DNA from: Octopus sinensis
Lineage: Eukaryota
Direction: 5' to 3'
DNA: 64,000 nt
Assembly: GCF_006345805.1 (NCBI RefSeq)
Contig: NC_043001.1
Span: forward strand, 64,232,001 to 64,296,000
Part shown: piece by piece, positions 24,981-36,890 of the stretch
Layout: the number at the start of each line of letters is the position of its first letter
How positions within the stretch are numbered: the first letter of the stretch is position 1
The notes under the pieces: model-generated
What the model saw: the letters and a program-made list of their open reading frames with translations, nothing else
Database searches by the model: none
What the model was told of the DNA's origin: nothing
Translations under genes and position numbers: made by a program

Positions 24981-27900
24981 CAAGATATGGTACAAAAATG
25001 TGACAAGTCAAATAGAAAAATAATTGCAAGAAATATAAATTGGCATGCACAAAATTTGACAAAATGTTCAATGGCAGAGTATTGGAACTGTTCAGTAACA
25101 CAAGAAAGCAATTGTCTGTCACAGGAAACGCAAAAGAGATTGTCAGATATAAATAGTTTTAGTGAGTTTTTTGGATCAATGCACAGTGCGGCCAGTCTTG
25201 GTGACATAGGGTTTGTTTGTGTTAGGTAGTGGCGACGAAGGTGTAGGTGATGGTGTGGTCAAAGGTGCATGTGCAGGTGGATGTGTAGATGGTTGTAAAG
25301 TATCAAAGGCGGGCATGTTTGGGGTGTCATGGAAGGATGTGGACACCTCAAAATGTGCCCTTTTAAGTCTATTGACCGACACTGTCTCTGCCCGATCATT
25401 TGTCGAGACTAAAGTTTTGGGTGTGCATGATAGCACATGAACTGGTCCCTTATAAAGAGAAATGAGAAGTCCTCTGACAGAACTATCCAGAACAAAAACA
25501 TGAGTCCCTTGTCAATATCCGGAGGGATGTGAGAGGGAATAGACTGGTCACGCGGATGCATGGATGGAAGACTTGAGAAATACGAGCGAAGTCTGGTGAC
25601 ATACGACGTTGAATCAGGAGGTGACGAGTTATCTGCCACTAACATTGTACCAAAGAGTGCCAGGGGGGTACTGTAAAGGAGTTCAGCAGAGGAGAAACCT
25701 AAGTCTGCTTTAACAGCAATGCAACAATCTAGAAGAATGACAGGCAGAAATTCTGTCCTAGACTGCGGGTCAGAAGTGGCGTGTAGGGCAGCCTTCAATT
25801 CCCTGTGAAAACGTTCAGCCATCCCGTTGGAGGCTGGGTGGTAACTGGTTGTACGAAAGTGATGAACTCCTAGGATTCATGATAATTCACGAAATAGGGA
25901 AGCCTCGAACTGGTGTCCGTGATCAGTGGTTATTTCAGCAGGGACACCAAAGTGAGCAATCCAATTAGAAATGAAAGCTCGAGCAACTGACTCAGTGGAA
26001 ATGTCCACTATTGGAATGGCCTCTGGCCAATGAGAGAAATTGATTGACACAAACTGTGATTGACAGGCCATGGTCCAACCAGATCAATATGGACATGGCG
26101 AAAGCAAGTCTCCAGAGGAGAAAACTGTCTAAGAGGAGTGCGAATATGCCTGTGGATTTTAGAATGCTGGTACTTTACACAAGAGCGTGCCCAATCGGTG
26201 ATCATCTAGCACATATTAGGTCAGAAAAACCGAGCCGTAATAAGCTTCACCAAGGCAACGACGCCAGGATGTGACAGTGAGTGCAAGGCATCAAACACGG
26301 AGTGCTGGTGGTTTTCAGGTACAAACGGTCTGGGAGAACCAGTAGCTGTGTCACAAAGAATGGTGCCTTCAGCAGTTGGTAGGGGGAGATAGGCAAACTT
26401 GCAACAGGACAACTTGGTAGAAGCTAAATCCAAAGTGTCCAGGGCTGGCTGATCCTGCGCAATGGCAGTTAAATCGATTGCAGCCCACAGGAAGATGACA
26501 GAGTGCGTCGGCAGGCACATTCTCCGTTCCAGGTATGTGCTGAATGTCACTCGTGAACTGGGAAATGTAGTCCATATGACAAAAAGCACAAGGCGAGTGC
26601 TTGTCTGATTTATATGACAGAGCAAACATAAGAGGCTTGTGATTAGTATAAATCACAAAATCTCAGCCCTCGAGTTGATGTTGAAAATGACGAATTGACA
26701 GGTAGATTGCCTAGAGCTCGCAATCAAATGTACTGACGTTCAGCTAACTTTAATTGACGAGAAAAAACGTCAAAGGTTTAGTCTGATTGTCTACGGTGTG
26801 CTGTAAAACAGCACCAACCGCAGAATCCGATGCATCAACAGTTAAAGAGAGCAGATCGTCGGGAACTGGATGTGCAAACAAAGGGACAGAAGCTATTTCC
26901 TTCTTGATTGACTCAAAAGCAGATAATGCCTCGGAAGATAAAGTAATAGGAGAATTCTTTTTTGCATTTGCTTGCAATAGCTGAGTCAAGGGAAGTAACT
27001 TGTCTGTACAATCACGAATGAAGCATCTGTAGAAGTTGAAGACTCCCCAAAAATGGCGGAGTTGGCATAGTGAAGTGGGGGTACGATGCACTGAGTTGCA
27101 TCGACTTTGGAAGAGAGAGGTCTGATCCCATTGGAGTTGATATAATGCCCCAGAAATTCCAGAGAGGACTGCCCGAAAACACACTCATCGGGGTTGATTC
27201 ACACATTGTAGGCGCGAAGATGCTGAAAGAGTTGATTTAAGTGTTGGAGGTGATTCTCACGTATGTTGCTTGCAATGAGTATGTCATCAACATAAGCAAA
27301 CACAAAATCAAGTCCACGGGCAACTTCGTCGATAAATCTTTGGAACGTGCTCTTGGCGTTTCGCAGACCGAAGCTCATAAAAAGGAACTCGAAGCTGCCA
27401 AAAGGAGTAGTGGTGGCAGTTTTTGGTACATCCTCAGGATTGACCAGTATTTGGTGATAGGCACAAACAAAATCGACCTAAGAAAAAATAGTACAACCGT
27501 GCAAATTAGAGAAGTCCTGGAGAATTCTTATGGGATAGCGATCGGGAACAGTGACTACATTCAAACATCTGTAATCGCCCACCGGGCAAAAATCTGAATC
27601 CGCTGGTGGAGGGCGAATAAGGCCAAGCTGGCACATATGCTCAAACTCGGACCTAGCCTTCTTAAGACGGTCAGGAGCAAGTCACTGCGGGCGTGAAAAG
27701 ACAGGTGGCCTAGTGGTGGTAATTTAGTGGAGAGTTGAGTGAGTAGGTTTTGCCGTTTGGAATAGCTGATCCACCAGCTCTGGGAAAGAAGCTAAGAGTG
27801 AATGAAATGCATCACCAGTAGTGGCAACAAAAAATGAAGGACTGAGAACAGCATTGGTAGTGGCCTTTGCAGGTGTAGACAAAGACGTAGAACCATCAAC

Positions 27901-29227
27901 AAGTCTCTTTCGCCTGACATCTACCAACAGGTTAAAATTGTTCAAAAGATCCACACCCAGAACAGGATGTGGGAGATCAGCTATGACAAAAATCCACCTA
28001 AAATCCCGGCAAAGGGTAATGTCAATATTTAATGAAATTTGTCCATAAGTCGCAATGGGAGACCAATTGACCGTGTGCAAGGTGATCTCTGAGCAATTTG
28101 TCTTGTCTGTAGCGAGACACAAAGGCCAAATAGAGCAACTAGAACCTGTGTCAACCATAAACGCCTGATTAGACACGCAGTCCTTCACAAAAATTGCCCG
28201 ATTTGAGTTTGATTGGCCGGAAGTGCTGGACGTGCTCAAGCCCGCCAATGGGAAAGAGCAAGGCCGGATTGCATTTGCAGGCTTTATGCTGATACCTGGC
28301 GTGGTACCAACATAGACAGGAGCTAGTTGAAGAGGAATCGGTCGAGCGTGAACGGGACTGGCTTCGACTGCGACAATGCAAAGAGTTGTTGCCCCCCCCC
28401 CCCCCCATAGTGCATCCATTCGGTGTGTTAAGGAGGCAAGTTTCTCCAAGATATCATCCTGTAATGAGGAAGATGCAGCGGAGGAAATCTCTGAGCAAGA
28501 GCAGGCATGGCGAGGTGCTGGCTGGATAGCGAACTCTAAAATCTTATCAGCCATGGTAGCTAGTTGATCCATGGTGTTGGTATCAACCGCTGTGGCTAAA
28601 ATGGTTTGCACATTAGGAGGTAGCTGAGAGAAGAAAAGCTTCCGTAAAAGTGAGCTGTTCTCAGTCATGTCGCTGAGCTCGCAGAGATGCCGTAAAAATT
28701 GAGACAAAAGTGTTGTTGGAAATAGTAGTGTGTGCGAGAGAAAAAAAATTTTCTGAACAAAATTTATAGAATTGTGTACTGAATGCACAAACAAGAAAAA
28801 TTTTGTGGCTAAACCTGTGTGTGTGTGCTGAAAGAAAACAAATAAATGCAAAAAAAAAAACCCTCTGTAATGGTATGTGTGTGCTTGTACCAATAAATAT
28901 TTTTTCTTTTGTCAGTTAAAAAATCGCCAGAAAGTGACGCGCGACCGGTAAAATTCTGTTTCCACGTGGGGTAATTAGCTTGTGAACTGGTATTGTTGCG
29001 TTTCACCACGTGAGGTAATCCGAATATTGCAGTAGACAAGAACGATGGCTGGAAGGTGATGGTCGGCTTGGTAGAAGTTGATGGACAGCTGAAGTTGTGG
29101 CCATTGATGTGTTTACCAGTTGGAAGCGAGTGAAAACTGCCAGACCGTGATTCGGTTGAGGCACCTATGCGATGAAGCTTGTGGCTGCCGAAAAATAACC
29201 TTTTCTACGTCGGGGGGGGGTTACCAT

Positions 29228-29676
29228 TTTATAATGGATGGCAAGGTTTATGATATCGGGAGAATATCGCCTTCCTCCATTATCTCTTTTTGTTCTTTGT
29301 GTAGTTCGTGTAGGCAGGCGAAGAGATAAGACTTCAAGTACAAATGCAATTTACAACTGTTTTTTTTACAGTGTTCACAGGAAAGGTGAAGTGTGCTGCT
29401 CTCAGCAATCATCTTTAGCTGTGTGCATTGTGTAGTAGCTCCATTAGTGCAAGCACATTGCCTCTGGAGGCACAACATACAGACAGGCCCAGCCAATGGA
29501 GTACGATCAGCAAGCACTGCTGCTAAGAGGCAGAAAGGAAAAGGCTCAATCTGTTTCTGTTTTGCCCTTATATACAATTTGCCATCACGAGCCTCTTGTC
29601 TCACTCCAGTCTCGGAGATGGCAATTGCTGCCGTGAGATCTCATCCATTATGGCGCTGACTGCTTGCGCTGCTACA
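29228..29676 (-). repeat. 5' LTR of the Gypsy element; the 3' LTR is partial at 24540-24728
   Basis: 29525-29676 aligns with 24540-24728; followed by the PBS-like sequence. Confidence 0.75.
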
Positions 29677-29684
29677 CAGTAAAT

Positions 29685-30215
29685 GCAGCTTGAAGAAGTG
29701 TGGAAGGAGTTCCTAATGTAGGGGGTTTGCTGGTTGGATCCAGTGAAAGGACAGGTGTGGCAACAGGATCTGGAGCAAAGAAAAGATGTGGGTTGGATTG
29801 GAATGTTGGAGGAGGGAGCTTCGGACCAGTAGATTGCTTAGGTTATGGGTGAGTTTGAAGGAGGGCAAGGGTAGGTTGGAGAAAATGGGGAGGGTAGTGG
29901 GATCTAGCTGGAGGCGACGGAAGGCTCACATGATCTTCCGATGAAGGAGTAGGGTGGTGGGCTGGAAAGGAAGGGAAAGGCGATGTGGTTGGGAGATTGG
30001 TGTTGGGAAGGAGAGAATGCAGTAGTGCGATTGTTTTGATGAGTGCAAAAGGGTAGTTTGGACAAGGATGGATGGGTATCTGCAATGCAGGAACAAGAGG
30101 GCCAGGTACTGATACTGGGTCTCGAGATACTGGTCCCACCTCTACAGGCGTCGGAGGCAGAGGAACTGGGAGTAGGGGATGACCCGTTTGGTGTGGGAGG
30201 GATGTATATATACCA
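29685..30215 (-). pseudogene. Penelope-like element fragment related to the family at 20170-21870
   Basis: Purine-rich plus strand; translation (PTPSSEDHVSLPSPP..SNLLVRS) parallels the 21200-21480 region. Confidence 0.55.
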
Positions 30216-30423
30216 CCTGACTGGCCCTCGTGCCGGTGGCACGTAAAAGCACCCACTACACTCTCGGAGGGGTTGGCATTAGGAAGGGCATCCAGTTGTA
30301 GAAACTCTGCCAGATCAGATTGGAGTCTGGTGCAGCCATCTGGTTCGCCAGACCTCAGTCAAATCGTCCAACACATGCTAGCATGGAGAGCAGACGATAA
30401 ACGATGATGACGATGATGATGAT
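30216..30423 (+). mobile_element. RTE 3' tail fragment
   Basis: Matches other RTE 3' UTRs; (GAT)n tail. Confidence 0.85.
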
Positions 30424-30543
30424 ATATATATATATTATATATATATATAATATATTTTGATTTACTTTTGGCCACCCCTGTATATATATATTGAATTTTC
30501 TGCTGCTTTAAATAAAGTATATATATATATATATATATATATA

Positions 30544-33500
30544 TACGTTTAAATATTTGTTGTGCAAGATTTTTTATGTGAAGTCGTGTGTTGAAACAGA
30601 TATTGCTATATTTCGGAATGGTCATTTTGCCAGTTTAGCCAATAAAAACACACGCACTATATATTTGCTTCAGTGTTATTTATTTTTTACATTAATCTTA
30701 ACCTTATTTCGGCCAGAGTTCTTTTGTCACACTTCTGTGACCGCATCAGTGGTCCTTTGTTTTCTTCTTTCTTATTTGTGTCTCTCTTTACTAACCGGCA
30801 GCCATTTTGTATTTCTATTGTATGTCTTCATTTGCGCATGCTTATATCTCTATGTGCGTCTATGTTTATTTAGTATGTGTATGTGGGGGGATGCCTGTAA
30901 TATTTGTATCTTCTGTTTATATATGTTCATGTAATTTGTATTTTGTTGTTGTTGTTTTTGTTTATCCTTATTTTGTTCATGTATTTACATCCACTTATTA
31001 TTATCATTACATATGCTTGTATGTATGTATGTATAACAACAATACTGGTAATAATAATAATAAATCGAATCGAAAAAAATATATATATATAGTTATTTAT
31101 TTCTATTTGTTTATTTATCTGTGTATTTATTATGTTTTCGGCATCCTCTATCGTCATATGTTGTGGTGTGTGCTAGTGCTCCATTCTAGTTTTCTATTCA
31201 GGCTAGGTTTATTTTCTGTTATATGTGTAGCTTCTGTAATTTGTCTGATTGTTGCATCTGTTCTATGTGTGGACAATATTTTAATTTCTATATTGTTGAT
31301 TGATCCCCCGTGTTCCTGTTTGGCGTGTTGGTACAGAATTGATGAGCTTTTACCTTCCTTGAGTTGTCTCCAATGCTCATTTACCCACTCTCCTATGCTT
31401 CTTGCCGTTTCCCCTACGTATGTCGTTGTCTTGTTACTGCATCGTCCCTCTATACATCTTATACTATAGACTACATTTCTGGCTTTACAGCTTGTTTGTG
31501 GGCTAAATCTACATACAGTACTGTACTTATCCGTACAGGGTGTTCTACTAAAAGGATAGGTTCTACCAATTATAGATTTGATAGGGTTGCCTGGCTTTTC
31601 AACAACCTTAATTCTTTGTTTTTTGGGGGTTTTTTTTCGATTCGATTTATTATTATTATTACTAGTATTGTTGTTATACATACATACATACATACATACA
31701 TACAAGCATATGTAATGATAATAAGTGGATGTAAACACATGAACAAAATAAGGATAAACAAAAACAACAACAACAAAAACAAAATACAAATTACATGAAC
31801 GTTATAAACAGAAGATACAAATATTACAGGCATCCCCCACATACACACACTAAATAAACAGACGCACATAGAGATATAAGCCTGCGCAAATGAAGACATA
31901 CAATAGAAATACAAAATGGCTGCCGGTTAGTAAGGAGAGACACAAATAAGAAAGAAAAAAACAAAGGACCACTGATGCGGTCACAAGAGTGTGACGAAAG
32001 AACTCTGGCCGAAATAAGATTAAGATTAATGTAAAAAATAAATAACACCAAATATATAGTGCGTGTGTTTTTATTGGCTAAACTGGCAAAATGACCATTC
32101 CGAAATATAACAATATCTGTTTCAACACACGACTTCACATAAAAAATCTTGCCCAACAAATATTTAAACGTACTAACGTGAGCCATAGCCAGGCTTGCAA
32201 GAAGCTGAAGAACACTATATTCTGTTGCCTAAAGAAAACTGTGACAATGCAACAGCTTCGTTTTATAAAACAATGTGTCTCGTCCAGAATATGTATCAAC
32301 AAGGTCACAGCCAACATTAAACGGTTTGACCTCACTAACGGACATGCTGAAAGGCTAAAAAGGATGCTAATGGTAAATATTAGAAATAAAATATACAGAG
32401 GGCTGAGCGAACGAGAAGCGTAAACGTATATTTTTAAAAGAAATTAAAAACATCACCACACGAAAGGAGAAAACCTTACTAATGGATATAATATATGAAG
32501 AAAACAAACACGTAATACACCAATGCAATATCCATTTTAAGAGGAAGTTATCGTGGTTGAAACAGAAACATCAATATGAGCTCGCAAAGGAAGAAAAGCA
32601 GAAGTATCCAGATACAATAAATGGAATTATTATGGAAGATGTGCTACTACCAGAAGAGTTCAATAAAGACAATGAAGCGAACATCTATGGGGGAGTAACA
32701 ACGGACCCAGACGAAATATCGATACTTCAACTACCACCAAAGTATGCAGTGTATAGTAAGGTGAATACCATCAAATGCCTGTCCGAGATTGAAAAGTCGT
32801 TCACAAAAATACGTTGGAATTTAAATAGATACAATGACAACAACACTTGCGACAACAGCAACAACGCGAAAAACACTAACCGCAGCAGAAACAACACAAA
32901 CAATAATGACCGCAGCAATAACAACCGTAGCAACAAAAGCAACACAAACCCTAACAGCGGCAACAACAACAACAATAGAAAAAATGAATGCATAGACACA
33001 AACAATAGATACAAATACAAAAACATAAACAGAAAGAAAAAAATCGTATACAACAGCAACAACAACAACAATTATAGGGAGAACCGACACACAAACACAG
33101 ACAGATAACCATAGTCACAAAGACACGAATAAAAGTTGTCATGGGGGTCACGATGGAAAATAAAGTTGAATGCAACAGAATCCTTGGACAGGGAGTCAGT
33201 AGACTTGAAACAGATAACAATACTCGTTGGAACAAAAATAACAACCACAACAGAGGGAATGACAGGGACCAACAGACAGGCATAAAACCCAACACTAATA
33301 TGAACAACACATATACCAGAAACAGGAACAATGAAAATATCACTAGCGATAATCAGAATGATAGCAATAATGGCAATGGTAGGAATAACGGTAATAACAA
33401 TAATAGTGGTGGTGGTAACAGCAGAAGTAGTAATGATGGTAGTAGTGATAGTTGTGGTGGTAATAGTAATAATAGTAGTAGTGGTAATGGTGGTAATAGT

Positions 33501-36436
33501 AATAATAGTAGTAGTGGTAATGGTGGTAATAATAATAGGGAGGCTGATGATGGAAACAGTAACGATAATGAAGATAACCCTAGAAAGACCATTGACATGT
33601 ATACCCACCCCTTTGACACTCAATTCTTCAACGTATGTGACAAATCTTACTGCATGAGCCGGATTTATCCAACAACATTACCCTTCAACAAAAGAGTCTA
33701 CATCCCAAGACATACTAATGACCATATGGAAGCACAGTTCACTATAGCTAGGACCAAACTTAGACAGATTTTAGGATTATACACTAAGAGACAGAGACAG
33801 AATAAGACAGAGGCCCAACAACTCGGGATTAAACCTGCATGTGGCCTACATAAGCTCATTCAGCGCACGAGGAACGGAGAGGTGATATGCCTTCCCACAG
33901 ATAAGTCCGGCAGGATGTCAATAGACAGCTTACCGAACTACATCCAGGCAATGCAACCTCATATCGCCAATACAAAAATAACAACTGTACAGGCGCATGA
34001 GGAGAGAGAAAAGGTCCTCAACGCCCACATGATGATGTGGACAATTGTTCTGGGACCCCAGAAACGTACAGCAAATCATTTCCAAGCCTGGAACAATGAT
34101 ATCCTGGCACTGTGTGGACTTCGCAAGGACCATAAAGTAATTACTGACCCTATAGCAGGACCACCAACAAGACCAGTCTGTGGAGCGAATATCGCTAGCA
34201 ATTACAGAATCTCCTACTTCCTCTCAATGATCATACGCCCTATAATCCGGATGTCACCTGATGTTTGTGACAGCACAGATCTCCTCAGCAGGATCAATGA
34301 CTGTAACAACACTTGTGACCTGACAGGATGTATGGTGGGTAGCATGGATGTGGTATCCCTATACCCATCGACTGACGTAGATTTTGCGGTGGAGAAGTGC
34401 GTGGAGATGATCAACGAGAGCCAGGTGGAGTTCTGTAATGTCAACACAGAGGAATTGGGCCTCCTACTTAGACTGACATGTAATAATAACTACTTAGATA
34501 AACATAATCTTAGTAGTTTCTGCCCCAGTAGATGTTTAAGAGGTAGACCGCCCACAATTACTTCTATGGCTAGGAAGACACATATAGAAAGATGGCGCGG
34601 ATGGACCAGAGCCATACGGAGCCCCGCAAATGTCCATCAGGTAAAAAAAATGATCGCACATGCACTAGGAGCTAGTATAAGAGTTGCCCTAAAAGGCCAC
34701 ACGTTTAAGTTTAATAATAAAATATATGCCCGGGACGAGGGGGCAGCCATCGGCGTTAGTATCGCTGGTGATGTGGCCAACCTTTTCATGGTATGGTGGG
34801 ACAGAAGGCTTAAAGAACGCCTAACACAGAACTCCACACTCGTAAACATGTACTCTCGCTATGTTGATGATATCAACATAGTGGTAAAGGCACCCCCACA
34901 AGAGAGTAATGTTGATATAGTAATAGAAACTAATACTATGGAGAGCATCCAGCAAATAGCTAACTCCATCCACCAGAGTATTAAGGTCACAATAGACTAC
35001 CCCACTAAACACCCCAACCATAGACTACCAGTACTAGACACTGAACTCTGGCTAGAAATTGTGAATAATAAAACCCAAATTCATACTATGCCAAACCTAT
35101 GGCCTCAAAATACTTGATCCACTGGAACTCAGCCATTGCGGACAATGCTAAATTCAATATTTTGATGGCAGACCTCGTCAGAATAATGAGAAATGTGTCA
35201 CGCATGTACGAGCCCACAGAGTTAAAGAGACACATACAATATTTCATTCACCGCATGCAGTTCTCAGGTTACAGCCATAAAGAAAGGATCAGAGTATACA
35301 AAGGAGCCATTAAGAAATTTGATAATATATTATGTTATGATAAGAATGGGATTTGCCCACTCTATAGGAACAAGTCATGGAACACTATAGAAAGGACAAA
35401 AAAAGAAAATAGGGAAGACCAACTCTTGGTATGATAGCCATAAATACCAGAGTGTCATGTTCGTTGACACCACCCCTGGAGGTGAACTGGCGTACCGCTT
35501 TAGAAGGACCCTAGACAAACTTAAGCTAAGAATTAAGGTTGTTGAAAAGCCAGGCAACCCTATCAAATCTATAATTGGTAGAACCTATCCTTTTAGTAGA
35601 ACACCCTGTACGGATAAGTACTGTACTGTATGTAGATTTAGCCCACAAACAAACTGTAAAGCCAGAAATGTAGTCTATAGTATAAGATGTATAGAGGGAC
35701 GATGCAGTAACAAGACAACGACATACGTAGGGGAAACGGCAAGAAGCATAGGAGAGTGGGTAAATGAGCATTGGAGACAACTCAAGGAAGGTAAAAGCTC
35801 ATCAATTCTGTACCAACACGCCGAACAGGAACACGGGGGATCAATCAACAATATAGAAATTAAAATATTGTCCACACATAGAACAGATGCAACAATCAGA
35901 CAAATTACAGAAGCTACACACATAATAGAAAATAAACCTAGCCTGAATAGAAAACTAGAATGGAGCACTAGCACACACCACAACATATGACGATAGAGGA
36001 TGCCGAAAACATAATAAATACACAGATAAATAAACAAATAGAAATAAATAACTATATATATATATTTTTTTCGATTCGATTTATTATTATTATTACCAGT
36101 ATTGTTGTTATACATACATACAAGCATATGTAATGATAATAATAAGTGGATGTAAACACATGAACAAAATAAGGATAAACAACAACAACAAAATACAAAT
36201 TACATGAACGTATATAAACAGAAGATACAAATATTACAGGCATCCCCCCACATACACACACTAAATAAACATAGACGCACATAGAGATATAAGCATGCGC
36301 AAATGAAGACATACAATAGAAATACAAAATGGCTGCCGGTTAGTAAAGAGAGACACAAATAAGAAAGAAGAAAACAAAGGACCACTGATGCGGTCACAGA
36401 AGTGTGACGAAAGAACTCTGGCCGAAATAAGATTAA
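30544..36436 (+). mobile_element. Penelope-like element with tandem pLTRs and an inverted 3' segment at its 5' end
   Basis: Inverted copy 30544-~31615, pLTR 31633-32172, ORF pieces 32091-35990, truncated 3' pLTR to 36436. Confidence 0.92.
32091..35990 (+). pseudogene. PLE ORF: N-terminal region, RT and GIY-YIG endonuclease, interrupted by frameshifts
   Basis: PTDKSGRM, RKDHK, RPVCGA, GSMDVVSLYPS, GAAIG, RYVDDI, LPVLD, NVVYSIRC..YVGETARS..EH. Confidence 0.9.
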
Positions 36437-36890
36437 CTGACCAATTGTAGAGATGGCTGGACTGTGGTCAATTCCATTACGGACAATAGGTGGTTGATCT
36501 CTAGAATATTTCAGTAAGTTACACCATTATAAAAACTTTACGGGTTTGTTTTGGGAGAAAATATTAATTAGCTCTATTTATGAAATCACTTGTACTATCC
36601 TTTTTCTAGACATATTGGCGATTCCTGTTTTACTTTAGTACTAGTTTTATTTTACTACTATTTATACAGCCTGGTACCCCTATAAAGAGATAACCCATAA
36701 ATTATTTCTCTAGCTCAATCGGTAGTTCACTCTTTTGCATATCGACTTCAAGCTTCACACTGAAAAATGGCATGATTCTAATATTGGGTTGTCAGGAAGT
36801 TCGTGACGATTTATAGTAGCTTACCTTTCGACTTATTTTAGAACATGGTTGAGTCCATAAAATAGAATTTGACTACACCTCCATTAGAGC

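Larger units (their letters stand above)
24540..29676 (-). mobile_element. Decayed Ty3/Gypsy LTR retrotransposon (gag-PR-RT-RH-IN)
   Basis: gag-like LRKLFFSQLPPNVQ, protease FMVDTGS, RNase H LTVDASDSAVGAVL, integrase HVHIDLVGP..ITTDHGHQFE..AERFHRELK; both LTRs start TGTAG (29676 and 24728); PBS-like TGGTAACCCC..CGACGT at ~29203-29226; polypurine tract at 24733-24742. Confidence 0.9.

Noticed and set aside
30807-33657. Long hydrophobic or low-complexity ORFs in the track (e.g. 30807-31469, 32727-33657)
   Set aside because: Antisense or alternative-frame reads of microsatellite-rich PLE sequence; no gene structure
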